A DNA stretch of 64,000 nucleotides from Syntrophomonadaceae bacterium (GCA_050259615.1 JBLNAZ010000170.1:46902-110901); one strand, 5' to 3'. Positions 1 to 10,477 are shown, counted from the stretch's first letter. A program made the numbers and translations. Notes: generated from the letters alone by a model not told the origin.

Positions 1-246
1 GGTGCTCTTATTGAATTCGGGAAGAAGATGAAAGGCTACTACAGCGAAGAAGCGCAGATGCTTGCAGCAGAAACAAGAACGAGCTCCCCAATCCGTGTAC
101 CGAGGGATCATGAGACGTATATGCATATAAATCTTCCAGGGCTTTTCCCGAGCGGGGAAGGGGCAGGTTACGCCGGAGGCATTGTATCGGCTGCAATGGA
201 CGGCGAGAACTGTGCCGGGGCAGTGGCAAAATATATTAATATATAG
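1..246 (+). CDS. NAD(P)/FAD-dependent oxidoreductase, C-terminal fragment (5' truncated by the window edge)
   Basis: Frame 1 is open from base 1. ETRTSSPIR and GLFPSGEGAGYAGGIVSAAMDG are typical of the C-terminus of the uncharacterised FAD-dependent dehydrogenase family. Confidence 0.85.
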   Translation, partial: GALIEFGKKMKGYYSEEAQMLAAETRTSSPIRVPRDHETYMHINLPGLFPSGEGAGYAGGIVSAAMDGENCAGAVAKYINI

Positions 247-324
247 TTTGTCCTGAATAATTAAATCGATTATTTTTGTACTGTTAAAACTGGCGGAATT
301 AAATCTTAAAATAGAGGAGTTACC

Positions 325-840
325 TTGAAAAACATTAAAGTGATCTTATTTGCGCTTGTATTATTTACAGCCTATACTACGGGTTATGCCCAGGCAGGCA
401 AGACAGAGAAAGTGGAGAATAAAACCTCAACGGTGGAAAAGTTTGATCCCAAAAGGGATGCGGCAAAGGACATTGAAAACGCCGTTATTGAAGCCAAGAA
501 ATCGGGGAAGAACATTCTTCTTGATGTTGGAGGAGAGTGGTGCCCCTGGTGCCGTGCCTTAAGCAAGCTTTTTGCGGAAAACAAGGTGATAGCTGATTAC
601 ATGAACGCGAATTATGTAGTTGTAAAAGTAAACTACAGCAAAGAAAACAAGAATGAGTCTGTGCTTTCAAAATTTCCGAAGATCCCTGGATATCCTCATC
701 TCTTTGTGCTTGACAGTGAAGGGAAGCTCCTGCACTCACAGGACACCGGGGTTTTAGAAAAAGACAAAGGCCACGATCCTGAAAAGGTAATGAATTTCCT
801 TAAAGATTGGGCTCCCAAAAACGTAAAAAAAACGAGCTGA
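325..840 (+). CDS. Exported thioredoxin-family protein
   Basis: Signal-peptide-like N-terminus, WCPWC motif, cis-Pro-type GYP, GAGGAG Shine-Dalgarno before the TTG start. Confidence 0.88.
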   Translation: MKNIKVILFALVLFTAYTTGYAQAGKTEKVENKTSTVEKFDPKRDAAKDIENAVIEAKKSGKNILLDVGGEWCPWCRALSKLFAENKVIADYMNANYVVVKVNYSKENKNESVLSKFPKIPGYPHLFVLDSEGKLLHSQDTGVLEKDKGHDPEKVMNFLKDWAPKNVKKTS

Positions 841-888
841 TTAAAGACATAGGATTTTTGAATTATTAATTTGATGTGGGAAGGAATT

Positions 889-927
889 GGCGGCTGGAGA
901 ATTTGTCTTCAGCCGCCCCGCTTTTTT
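889..927 (+). terminator. Intrinsic terminator between convergent genes
   Basis: GGCGGCTGGAGA-ATTTG-TCTTCAGCCGCC hairpin followed by a T-run. Confidence 0.7.
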
Positions 928-3900
928 AAACGGTTACAGAATTCAAACTTGCTTTAAGATTGTTGAGCTTGTACTCGGCGTTGTCGGAAATCTCCTTAAG
1001 GTAACGGTTCAGATAATAGCTGTCCTTTATGTAATTAAACAGGGCAGTGTTCTTTTCCGTTATATCTTCCAGTCCGCACAGGTAGTTCATTATCCTGAGC
1101 GTAAGCCGCCAGTTGCCCAGCTCTTCAAGGTTCTCCTTGCTGTAGTACCATTCACCTTCATAGTAGTTCACGCCTAAAAAGGATTTTACTTCCTCGTCAC
1201 CAAGGAGTTTTTCAATTGTCTCTCTTTCCTCTTTCTCCAGTTCGCCCCTGCCGTTAACTGAAGAGCTGTTTTCAGCTTGAACATTGGAATTTACTTTTGC
1301 CTTAGCCTTTGCCTTTTTCTTTTCTTCAGCAGGAGCTATCTCAGCAGTTTTTCTTGAGAGTGTGGACTTATTCTTAAGAAGAACCCTTACGAGTTTTATA
1401 ATCTGATCCACCTCGTATGTGCTTCTGCCCAGGCGGTGCAGTATCTGCTGCAGGGGTTTTGTTAAGTACAATTCATCAAACAGTTCAATCGTGCACGAAC
1501 CGTTATCGTCTTTGTGCCTTAATATTCCTATGTCCTTAAGACTTAACCACAAGGCGTAAATGAGCAGGTTCCTTGGATAGTTGGATTCCTGGCTGAGCAG
1601 GAGAGATCTTCTGAAGTCGTTGGTAACAGATTCATTATCTACAATTACATCGTTATCTATTAGCAGATCGTTAATGGATTTAACTGCTTTAAGACCGTTT
1701 GTAAAATTGCTGATCAGAACGGGCATGCTGCCGTTAGTCTGAATTTGATCCTTTACCTGATTGATGAAATACTCGTAGCGGGTAATCAGGTGCTTTAGCG
1801 TATTTTCAGTGTTCTTAATCTCCTTGTCCTTTAAAAAGAAGTCAGAAACGAGCTCAATGGCCCTGTTGTCAAAAAGATTCAGGAGCGCCTCATGGACACC
1901 GGAGAGCCTTGTTGCAATTAAAGCCTCTTCGATGCTTGGGACACCTGCTCCATTAAGATTTTTCCAGATTTCTTCGTATTCTCCGGTCTGATCATATACC
2001 TCCCTGAAATCCAGGAAAACATGATACTTAAAAGGCTGAAGGTGAATGAACAGGCCCTTTTCACCCAGCTCGCGCCCGAGCCTGATATATTCCATGTTGC
2101 TTACCAGATCGCGGTATATGTAAAAATACTTGTCATCAGTCCTGAGTCCGAGCGCAGGAACAAGGCTGGAATAAATTGTCGTCCTTTCCTCTCCAACTCC
2201 CGTTGGGATCGACTTTCCGGTTGTGCGGTTAATCCAGCCCGTAGTTTCGGAAAATTTATTATTATAGACCACAATTGCCTTTTCATCGCCAAACTTATTT
2301 GTATAGGCAAAGACATTCTGGTTAACATTGCCGTCATTGGTATAAAAATCATAGAACCAGAAATTATCCACCTGGCTGAACATATATCTTTTTTTCATGA
2401 GAGGGAATATTTCCCTCCTGTGACGCTCAACCAGATACTCGTTTATAAACTCATTATAGTAAGCTCTCTTGTATTCCATTCCGTACTTTTCGGAATAGCC
2501 TTCCACCTGTCCGTGTGCAATCATCGGGAGGCCGGGCAGTGTAACCATAAGCGTTGCAACTCCGAAATACTTGTCGTCGGTGCCGAACTGCCTTATTGCT
2601 GTTTCCTCGTCGGGATTGCTCATGAAGTTAACGTAGCGCTTTAATATTTCGGGGTTAAATTCAAGCGTGCTGGATATTACCTTTCTGTACTTTTCATTTT
2701 CCTCTTTCATCATCATGTGCATGAATGCGCTGTTATAAACGCGGTGCATGCCGAGAGTGCGAACGAAATAGCCTTCCATGAGCCAGAATGCTTCTGCAAG
2801 CAGGAGTGTATCGGGCATCTCCTCGTTTATTCTGTCGACAACCTCCCGCCAGAATTCTTTCGGAAAAAGCTGGTCGAACTCCTCAACTCTTAAACCGTAA
2901 TCGCTTCTTGAGGGGATATCGCCGCCGGATCCCGGCTGGGGGTACCACAAGCGGTGGAAGTGGCGTTTAGCAAGCGTCATTGCGGCGTCGAAACGTATGA
3001 TGGAGGTTTTCCTTGCAACGTGGAATATAGTCTGGATTACAGCCTCACGCACATAATCTTTCAGCAAGTCGAGCTGAGCCGTGTCATTCCAGGGCATGTT
3101 GGTTCCGTCGTTGCCGTGATAAATGTAGCGGACTTCACCTGTTCCGTTGTCAATTCTCTGGAATACAACAGCTGCGTCACTTTTGGACCAGTACCCGTCT
3201 TCAATTCTCAGCTGAACGCCGGGATCTTCCGACAAATCAGGCCCCGTAAACCTGTAGTTTGGAAAAGGGCTGTATGGCGACTGTATGAAATAGTCCGGGT
3301 GTTCAATTACCCATTTAGAGTAAATTCCCATGTGATTCGGAACCATATCGCTTGCGAGGCGGATTCCTCTCTGCCTGCAGCGGTAGTTCAGGTTCTGGAA
3401 GGCATGTTCTCCTCCCAGGTCATATGCAATAACGTAGTCATAAACAGAATATGCCGAAGGCACGGCCTCGGGGTTACCTGTAAGCTGTTTGATTCTTTGT
3501 GAAGCGCGGCTTCTTTCCCAAAGCCCTATAAGCCATAGACCTGTAAAATTAAAACCTGCCAGCATGTCCAGTTCCTCATCCGGAATCTGGTCCAGGTGTG
3601 CAATATGCCTGGAATATTTTCTTGAAAGCTGATCGAGCCAGACGTATACGTTTTTCGCCAGAAGAACAACCTGGGGCATCCAGTGAACATCAGGTGTAAA
3701 CCTTTCACCTTCAAGAAAGTCCAGATGAGCGTCACGTCCGTACCTGTAGCCCGATTTTCCAAGAGTAAGATAGTCCAGATCCCCGGCACCTCCCTTGTAG
3801 CGGGGGACAGCCGTAGGGGCACCGCCTCCGCCCCATGCGCCAAGCCTGTAGTCTTCCTTTATCATGTCAACGCCGCGCAGGAGCTTGTCCAGGTATCTCA

Positions 3901-4669
3901 TGTCAAGTATAATTGACCAGCGGTTAGCTATAAACTTCAGCTGTTCTTCCAGGCTGTCGGGGTTCGCAATTATTGGCGTCCTCAAGAGGTCAAAAATTGG
4001 CTGGTCATCGGGCCCGTACTTTTTTTCATTCAGGAAAAAGTCCTCAAGCTGGTTTATTATTTTGGTATATGAAGTAAGAACGGTGAGTTCTTCGTCATTA
4101 AAGAGCTCCTTAAAATCTTTGTTGCCGGGGTTATAGTTGGCAAAGAAAAGTAGAATCAGCTCCTCCAGGACAATTTCCGTATTGGGTTTTTCGTTATGAA
4201 AGTCGCGCAGATACTCCTCAGGGTCCTGATTGTTTTTGAAGACTTCCACAGGGGGGAACTGTCTTACAAAGCTCAGGAGTGTACGCCTGAGTTCTTCTTC
4301 GCCGGAATATTTTTTTACATGCTCCACAGCCCTTTTAAAGACTTCCGGGTTAGCCTTGGTCTCATACTCACGCAAAATAAAGTGATATATTTCATCCAGC
4401 AGGCCCATTGCGTTTATCTGACCGGCTCTTACCGGATTTTCAGGAGACCTTTGTGCATTGAGTTTTTGGGCAAAAATGCGTGATGCGTGAAAATTTGCAA
4501 AAACAACATTCCCGTTAAACGAGAAAATTGATACATCAAAATTATATTTTTCCCTTGCCCTTTTTGAAATATGAAATTCAAAGCCTCTGCGTAAGTTCTC
4601 AACTCCATCCGGTAAAACGCTGTCGGCCAGGTATATGGGTATATTCAAAATCCCATCTTTTTTCTGCAT
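926..4669 (-). CDS. Large GH13 alpha-amylase-family glycosidase (1247 aa)
   Basis: GH13 conserved regions: DMVPNH, IRFDAAM (nucleophile), LLAEAFW (acid/base), FMSNPDEE. No signal peptide. Confidence 0.88.
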   Translation of the reverse strand: MQKKDGILNIPIYLADSVLPDGVENLRRGFEFHISKRAREKYNFDVSIFSFNGNVVFANFHASRIFAQKLNAQRSPENPVRAGQINAMGLLDEIYHFILREYETKANPEVFKRAVEHVKKYSGEEELRRTLLSFVRQFPPVEVFKNNQDPEEYLRDFHNEKPNTEIVLEELILLFFANYNPGNKDFKELFNDEELTVLTSYTKIINQLEDFFLNEKKYGPDDQPIFDLLRTPIIANPDSLEEQLKFIANRWSIILDMRYLDKLLRGVDMIKEDYRLGAWGGGGAPTAVPRYKGGAGDLDYLTLGKSGYRYGRDAHLDFLEGERFTPDVHWMPQVVLLAKNVYVWLDQLSRKYSRHIAHLDQIPDEELDMLAGFNFTGLWLIGLWERSRASQRIKQLTGNPEAVPSAYSVYDYVIAYDLGGEHAFQNLNYRCRQRGIRLASDMVPNHMGIYSKWVIEHPDYFIQSPYSPFPNYRFTGPDLSEDPGVQLRIEDGYWSKSDAAVVFQRIDNGTGEVRYIYHGNDGTNMPWNDTAQLDLLKDYVREAVIQTIFHVARKTSIIRFDAAMTLAKRHFHRLWYPQPGSGGDIPSRSDYGLRVEEFDQLFPKEFWREVVDRINEEMPDTLLLAEAFWLMEGYFVRTLGMHRVYNSAFMHMMMKEENEKYRKVISSTLEFNPEILKRYVNFMSNPDEETAIRQFGTDDKYFGVATLMVTLPGLPMIAHGQVEGYSEKYGMEYKRAYYNEFINEYLVERHRREIFPLMKKRYMFSQVDNFWFYDFYTNDGNVNQNVFAYTNKFGDEKAIVVYNNKFSETTGWINRTTGKSIPTGVGEERTTIYSSLVPALGLRTDDKYFYIYRDLVSNMEYIRLGRELGEKGLFIHLQPFKYHVFLDFREVYDQTGEYEEIWKNLNGAGVPSIEEALIATRLSGVHEALLNLFDNRAIELVSDFFLKDKEIKNTENTLKHLITRYEYFINQVKDQIQTNGSMPVLISNFTNGLKAVKSINDLLIDNDVIVDNESVTNDFRRSLLLSQESNYPRNLLIYALWLSLKDIGILRHKDDNGSCTIELFDELYLTKPLQQILHRLGRSTYEVDQIIKLVRVLLKNKSTLSRKTAEIAPAEEKKKAKAKAKVNSNVQAENSSSVNGRGELEKEERETIEKLLGDEEVKSFLGVNYYEGEWYYSKENLEELGNWRLTLRIMNYLCGLEDITEKNTALFNYIKDSYYLNRYLKEISDNAEYKLNNLKASLNSVTV

Positions 4670-4869
4670 AAATATTCCTGTCCCTTGTAATTAGAAGAAA
4701 ATAAAAGACGCTATAACATCTAGACGATGACAAACAAAAACATATGCAGCCGCTGAAAAGACAGCATAGCTGCTAATATATCAATTAAGTAACCCTTGAA
4801 TGAAAATCAATTAACAATAAATTACCAAATTCCTGTTAAACTGTCTATTGTTAATTATTCAGCCAGAGG

Positions 4870-4897
4870 GTCCAACGTCCAACGTCCAGCGTCCGAC
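4870..4897. repeat. Four-copy 7-bp tandem repeat
   Basis: gtccaac gtccaac gtccagc gtccgac read directly in the intergenic region. Confidence 0.75.
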
Positions 4898-5033
4898 TGA
4901 AAATAGCGGCAGGTTTAGAGGTCAGCGGTGGCACAATGTTGATAATATAAGAGAATATATCCATAATAAGGGAGCTAAAAATTGATATTATTTGCATATT
5001 AAAGTATATTTTTGAATAAAAAATAAAGGTTTT

Positions 5034-7640
5034 ATGTCAACCCCGTTAATGTCGCAATATCACAAGATAAAAGAAAGTCATCCCGATACGATTCTGCTGT
5101 TCAGGGTAGGTGATTTTTTTGAAACATTTGAAGATGACGCAAAAATCGCATCCAAAGTGCTGGGAATTACATTAACCAGAAGAGCCAACGGATCAGCAGG
5201 GGATATTCCGCTTGCGGGTTTTCCTTTTCATGCCCTTGATACATACCTGCCGAAACTTGTAAGAAGCGGCTACAGGGTTGCTGTCTGCGAGCAGATAGAA
5301 AATCCGAAGTTTGCAAAGGGAATTGTAAAAAGGGAAGTAATTGAAGTTGTTACACCCGGCGTTGCATTGTCGGATAAACTTCTGGACCATAAAAAGAATA
5401 ATTATCTTGCTGCCATCTGTATGAAGGATGGAGTAACAGGCATATCATTCTGCGACATCTCGACGGGTGAATTTTTTACTTATGAAGTTCCTTTGGAAAG
5501 TATACTCGGCCAGCTCGAACTGATCAGCCCGGCTGAAATCCTTGTACAGAAAAAAGATAAAGAAGAAATTCAAAAACTGACCGAAAGGTGGAGCCAGTCT
5601 GTAAGATTTACAAAGATGGACGACTGGATCTTTAATTTCGAATACTGCCGCGATAACCTCCTGAGCCACTTTAAGACCGTAAGCCTGAAAGGTTTTGGAA
5701 TAGACCACCTTACCTCAGGCATTATTGCAGCTGGAGTAATACTGCAGTATCTTCAGGAGACTCAGAAGGTAAATCTTACACACTTAAGCAGAATATCGCG
5801 ATATAACCCTTCGGAGTATATGATGCTCGATTCTGCCACAAAGCGGAATCTTGAGATCACATACACTATGAATGACGGAGCCCGCGAGGGATCACTCATA
5901 TCTATTCTCGACAAGACCGAAACCGCAATGGGCGGCAGGATGCTGAAAAAATGGATATCTGCACCTTTAAGGAAGCTTGAACCCATTCTTCAGCGCCAGG
6001 AATGCATCGAGGAATTCTTCCAGAATAAAACCTTAAGAAACAGCTTAGTTGCTGAACTAAAAGAGGTGGGGGATTTGGAAAGGCTGGTTTCAAAAGTCTG
6101 TACGGGAAAAGCCAATCCACGTGAAATCATAAGCCTTAAGAATTCACTTAAGAAAATACCGGTTATTAAGGAGCTGCTTTCCGGCCTCAGGTCACCGGTT
6201 TTATGTAAAATTTCCTCAAATCTGGAAAGCCTCGATAAAACAGTTTCAATGGTTGAAAAGGCTATTGCTGAATATCCTCCTTTAAGCCTTAGTGACGGGG
6301 GAGTTATTGCATACGGGTTTAATCCTGAACTTGATGAATTAAGAGACCTTTCCAAAAACGCAAAGAGCTGGATTGCCAACCTTCAGAAAAGTGAAAGGGA
6401 TAGATCGGGCATTTCATCCCTTAAGGTAAGCTATAACAAAGTATTCGGGTATTACATCGAAATAAGTAACGCCAACAAGGCAAAGGTACCGGACGACTAT
6501 ATACGCAAGCAGACTCTTGTAAACGGGGAGAGATTTATTACTCCCGAATTAAAAGTATATGAAGACAAAATATTAAATGCTGAGGAGAAAATAGCTGATC
6601 TTGAGTATCAGCTATTTAATGAGGTCCGGCAGTCGGTTTCAATTGAGGCAGAAGCCATTCAGATGAATGCGCAGCTTATAGCCATGCTCGACTGCTATTT
6701 ATCCTTTGCCGAATGTGCAGTTCAGTATAATTATGTAAAGCCAGTGGTAAATGAGTCGGATATTATCGATATTGCCGACGGGCGCCACCCGGTGGTCGAA
6801 AGAATACTAAAGCCGGGAGAGAAGTTTACCCCAAACAGCTACAGGCTGGATAATTCTGATACACAGATAATAGTTCTGACAGGTCCTAACATGGCGGGCA
6901 AGTCTGTTTACTTAAGGCAGGTCGGCCTTATTGTTCTGCTTGCCCAGACGGGTTCATTTGTTCCTGCAAAAGAAGCATCCATAGGACTTGTGGACAAGAT
7001 TTATACAAGAGTAGGCGCAAGCGACAACATTTCGGCCGGGGAGAGCACATTCCTGGTTGAGATGCAGGAGGCGGCAAACATTCTTAACAATGCAACCAGC
7101 AAAAGTCTTATTCTTCTCGATGAGATTGGGCGCGGAACGAGCACCTTCGACGGCATTTCCATTGCCTGGGCACTTACAGAATATCTTCATGAAAACCCGG
7201 AGCTTTCGGCCAAGACCCTTTTTGCAACGCATTATCACGAATTAAATGAAATGGCTTCAATATTTCCGAGAATTAAAAACTTCAAGGTTGAGGTGAGGGA
7301 ATACGGCGACAAGGTGATTTTCCTGCACAAGGTTACTCCCGGCGGGGCAGACCACAGCTACGGCATTCAGGTTGCCCAGATGGCCGGCCTTCCAGACTTT
7401 GTTACCAAAAGAGCCAAGGAGATACTCCAGAACCTGGAAGGAAAGGAACTTACCCCTATGGAGATTAAGAAAGCCAGACTTGCAAAGATGAAATCTAAGG
7501 ATGAAATGCAGCTCAGCTTTTTTGAGGTAAAAGACGATTCCATACGCCAGGCGATCTCTGATTTGGAGATTGATAATCTTACACCTATTGAGGCTCTTAA
7601 TAAGCTCAATGAGTTGAAAAGGAAAGTTGGGGAAAATTAA
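5034..7640 (+). CDS. mutS: DNA mismatch repair protein MutS
   Basis: N-terminal TPLMSQY and FRVGDFFE, Walker A TGPNMAGKS, GESTFLVEM, LLDEIGRGTST, SYGIQVA. Confidence 0.98.
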   Translation: MSTPLMSQYHKIKESHPDTILLFRVGDFFETFEDDAKIASKVLGITLTRRANGSAGDIPLAGFPFHALDTYLPKLVRSGYRVAVCEQIENPKFAKGIVKREVIEVVTPGVALSDKLLDHKKNNYLAAICMKDGVTGISFCDISTGEFFTYEVPLESILGQLELISPAEILVQKKDKEEIQKLTERWSQSVRFTKMDDWIFNFEYCRDNLLSHFKTVSLKGFGIDHLTSGIIAAGVILQYLQETQKVNLTHLSRISRYNPSEYMMLDSATKRNLEITYTMNDGAREGSLISILDKTETAMGGRMLKKWISAPLRKLEPILQRQECIEEFFQNKTLRNSLVAELKEVGDLERLVSKVCTGKANPREIISLKNSLKKIPVIKELLSGLRSPVLCKISSNLESLDKTVSMVEKAIAEYPPLSLSDGGVIAYGFNPELDELRDLSKNAKSWIANLQKSERDRSGISSLKVSYNKVFGYYIEISNANKAKVPDDYIRKQTLVNGERFITPELKVYEDKILNAEEKIADLEYQLFNEVRQSVSIEAEAIQMNAQLIAMLDCYLSFAECAVQYNYVKPVVNESDIIDIADGRHPVVERILKPGEKFTPNSYRLDNSDTQIIVLTGPNMAGKSVYLRQVGLIVLLAQTGSFVPAKEASIGLVDKIYTRVGASDNISAGESTFLVEMQEAANILNNATSKSLILLDEIGRGTSTFDGISIAWALTEYLHENPELSAKTLFATHYHELNEMASIFPRIKNFKVEVREYGDKVIFLHKVTPGGADHSYGIQVAQMAGLPDFVTKRAKEILQNLEGKELTPMEIKKARLAKMKSKDEMQLSFFEVKDDSIRQAISDLEIDNLTPIEALNKLNELKRKVGEN

Positions 7641-7697
7641 TAATTAAGAAGTAAGAACCAGGAAATAAAAAGTAAGTCAATCGGGATAGAGATATAA

Positions 7698-8345
7698 ATG
7701 GCACAAAAGTTTAAGACAAAGTATATTGCCCTTGCAGGGGCATTTGTGGCAATTGCAGCAGGGCTTCTTTTGAGCGGCATCTTTTCAAGGCACTATACTC
7801 CGGAGGAAAAACAGTACATTGCTGAAATTGAAAAGATGAGGCAGCAGAAGGACCTGGAGATGCAGAACGATGCCTCATCTCCTTTTAATGCAAAGGGGAA
7901 AATCCATTTTGAAAAGCTGAAGTATTTTGATGCAGATCCGTCATATGTTTTTAAGAGCAGACTGTATGAGTATGAAAATAAGGATACCGTTACTATTTTC
8001 GGCACAAAAGGAGAACCCAGAAAGGCCCTGAGATTCGGCTATATAAAATTTGATTTCGACGGCATGAAAATTAAAATGAATGTTTACAAGGGCTTTACTC
8101 GTACAGGGCAGGAGTATTACAGCATTTGGTTTACTGACCGTACAACAAATCGTGAGTCTTACGGAGTAGGCAGATATCTGGATTTTGAGAAAATGGATAA
8201 TCCGGATTATATTTACACAGTTGATTTCAATCAGGCATACAATCCATACTGTGCATATAGCCCAAATTACAGTTGTGCTATCCCTACAAAAGATGATTAT
8301 GTGGATATTGAAATAAAGGCCGGCGAAAAAAAGTTTCATAATTAA
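7698..8345 (+). CDS. DUF1684 family protein
   Basis: FTDRTT-ESYGVGRYL and DFNQAYNPYCAYSPNYSCAIP motifs; N-terminal membrane anchor. Confidence 0.85.
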   Translation: MAQKFKTKYIALAGAFVAIAAGLLLSGIFSRHYTPEEKQYIAEIEKMRQQKDLEMQNDASSPFNAKGKIHFEKLKYFDADPSYVFKSRLYEYENKDTVTIFGTKGEPRKALRFGYIKFDFDGMKIKMNVYKGFTRTGQEYYSIWFTDRTTNRESYGVGRYLDFEKMDNPDYIYTVDFNQAYNPYCAYSPNYSCAIPTKDDYVDIEIKAGEKKFHN

Positions 8346-8356
8346 TGGAGTGAGTT

Positions 8357-9370
8357 GTGGTAGTAGTCTTAGAAAAAAATGTATCGGAACAGCAAATAGA
8401 AGAGATCATCAAGCACCTGGTGGATTTTGGTTTTGATGTTCATAAATCAACCGGTATTGAGCAGATTGTGCTCGGTGCAATTGGAGTTAAACCTGACTTT
8501 GACATCAGGAAAGTTAAGGTTCTCGACGGCGTTTATGAAGTATATAGAATTACCGAACCATACAAGCTTGCAAGCCGGAGTTTCAAGAAAGAAAATACGG
8601 TTATTGACATAAAAGGAGTTAAGATAGGGGGTAATGAAATTGTTGTAATTGCAGGCCCCTGTTCAGTTGAAAACGAGGACCAGATATTCAGCCTTGCTGA
8701 AACAGTTGCGAAGTTCGGCGGCAGGATTTTAAGAGGCGGCGCGTTTAAGCCAAGGACTTCGCCGTATTCATTTCAGGGCCTGGGAGAAGAAGGCCTGAAG
8801 ATGATGAGGAAGGCTGCAGATAAGAATAATCTGCTTGTAGTTACAGAAGTAATGCAGATCGAACAGATAGGTTTAATAGAGGAGTATGCAGATGTTCTTC
8901 AGGTTGGCGCACGTAATATGCAGAACTATCCTTTCCTGAAGGAATTAGGTAAATCCACAAAGCCGATCATGCTCAAAAGAGGACTTGCGGCAACAATAGA
9001 AGAATGGATGATGTCGGCTGAGTATATACTGGCAAGCGGCAACAAAGATGTAATTCTTTGTGAAAGGGGAATAAGGACATTTGAAACTTACACAAGAAAT
9101 ACATTCGACCTTTCGGCCATTCCGGTAGTCCATAAAAGGAGCCACCTTCCTGTAATTGCTGATCCTTCGCATGCTACAGGCTACAGGGACCAGGTTATAC
9201 CGATGGCAAGAGCTGCAGTTGCTGCAGGAGCTGATGCAATTATGGTGGAAATCCATAATGATCCGGATAAGGCTCTTTCAGACGGACCGCAGTCGCTTTA
9301 TCCCGAACAGTATGAAAAAATGATGCTGGAGCTTAAGGCTATAGCACAGGCAATCGGAAGAACGGTCTAA
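8357..9370 (+). CDS. aroF: DAHP synthase, type I-beta, with N-terminal ferredoxin-like regulatory domain
   Basis: IAGPCSVE, GGAFKPRTSPYSFQG, QVGARNMQN, ILCERGIR, DPSH, ALSDG motifs. Confidence 0.95.
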   Translation: MVVVLEKNVSEQQIEEIIKHLVDFGFDVHKSTGIEQIVLGAIGVKPDFDIRKVKVLDGVYEVYRITEPYKLASRSFKKENTVIDIKGVKIGGNEIVVIAGPCSVENEDQIFSLAETVAKFGGRILRGGAFKPRTSPYSFQGLGEEGLKMMRKAADKNNLLVVTEVMQIEQIGLIEEYADVLQVGARNMQNYPFLKELGKSTKPIMLKRGLAATIEEWMMSAEYILASGNKDVILCERGIRTFETYTRNTFDLSAIPVVHKRSHLPVIADPSHATGYRDQVIPMARAAVAAGADAIMVEIHNDPDKALSDGPQSLYPEQYEKMMLELKAIAQAIGRTV

Positions 9371-9406
9371 AGCAGCATATTTAATAACTTTAGAAACGGC
9401 AGAACA

Positions 9407-10477
9407 CTGAATATATCAATTGTAGGACTTGGTTTAATAGGGGGTTCCATTGCGAAATCCCTTAGAAAGGGTGCCGATAATTTTACTATCAGCGCATGGG
9501 ACCATGATGAGGTGTTAACAAAAGCCCTTGAAGAGAATGTAATAGACCGGAAACTAAAGTCCTTTGAAGAGGCACTTAATAGTGAAGTAATATTTTTGTG
9601 TCTTCCGGTTGAAGATTCCCTGAAAGCTTTTGAAGTGCTTGCGCCCGGTCTTAAAGAAGGTTCTCTGATTACTGATGTATGCGGCATAAAAGGGAAGTTT
9701 GAGGATCTCTGGAAATCAATTCAAAGCCAGGGGGAATATATAGGCGGTCATCCGATGACGGGAAAGGAAAAAGGTGGCTACGGCAATTCCGATCCTCTGC
9801 TTTTTGAAAATGCAGTCTATATAGTTTCTGCCAACGGCAAAGAGAGTCCCTCGATTAGGAAATTTCTGGATATAATGGCTACACTGGGTGCCAGGCCGGT
9901 TTATCTGGACCCTTATGTTCATGATAAGGTTGTTGCCAATGTAAGCCACCTGCCGCAGCTAGTTTCGGTGGCTCTGGTAAATACTGTAGCCGGAAATTCA
10001 GCCGGGGCAAATAACCTCGATTTTGCTGCCGGAGGCTTTAGGGATATGACACGCATTGCATCCAGCAGTTTTAATATCTGGAAAGATGTAATACGCCTTA
10101 ATAAAGATGAAATAATATCGGCACTTGACCTTTTTGCAGGTGAAATCAGCCGAATGAGAAATGAGATCAGCCGCGGGAACTTTCAGCTGCTGGAAGAATT
10201 GTTCAATTCTGCACGCAGCAGCAGGGAAAGAATTCCAAAAGTCAACAAAGGATTCATAACCCCTTTGTTTTATATCTCTGTTTTTATTAAAGATGAGCCT
10301 GGTTCCATCAGCAGGATTTCCTCGGCTTTGTATGGGGAGTCTATTAATATTAAGGATATTGAACTGCTTAAGTTTCGTGAAGGGACGGGAGGGACATTTC
10401 ACATAGCCTTTGACTCAGAAGATGAAAGCATCATGGCGGCTGAGATTCTTAAGAAAGCCGGGCTTGAAGTATATTGA
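9407..10477 (+). CDS. tyrA: Prephenate dehydrogenase with C-terminal ACT domain; start moved upstream of the ORF-track GTG (9512) to CTG 9407
   Basis: In-frame upstream sequence encodes NISIVGLGLIGGSIA (Rossmann GxGxxG). Also TDVCGIK, GGHPMTGKE, HD-VSHLPQ, GGFRDMTRIA and ACT motif DEPGSI. Confidence 0.9.
   Translation: MNISIVGLGLIGGSIAKSLRKGADNFTISAWDHDEVLTKALEENVIDRKLKSFEEALNSEVIFLCLPVEDSLKAFEVLAPGLKEGSLITDVCGIKGKFEDLWKSIQSQGEYIGGHPMTGKEKGGYGNSDPLLFENAVYIVSANGKESPSIRKFLDIMATLGARPVYLDPYVHDKVVANVSHLPQLVSVALVNTVAGNSAGANNLDFAAGGFRDMTRIASSSFNIWKDVIRLNKDEIISALDLFAGEISRMRNEISRGNFQLLEELFNSARSSRERIPKVNKGFITPLFYISVFIKDEPGSISRISSALYGESINIKDIELLKFREGTGGTFHIAFDSEDESIMAAEILKKAGLEVY

Noticed and set aside
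4929-4942. TGGCACAATGTTGA upstream of mutS as a sigma-54 promoter
   Set aside because: The -24/-12 spacing is one base short, and sigma-54 spacing is strict.
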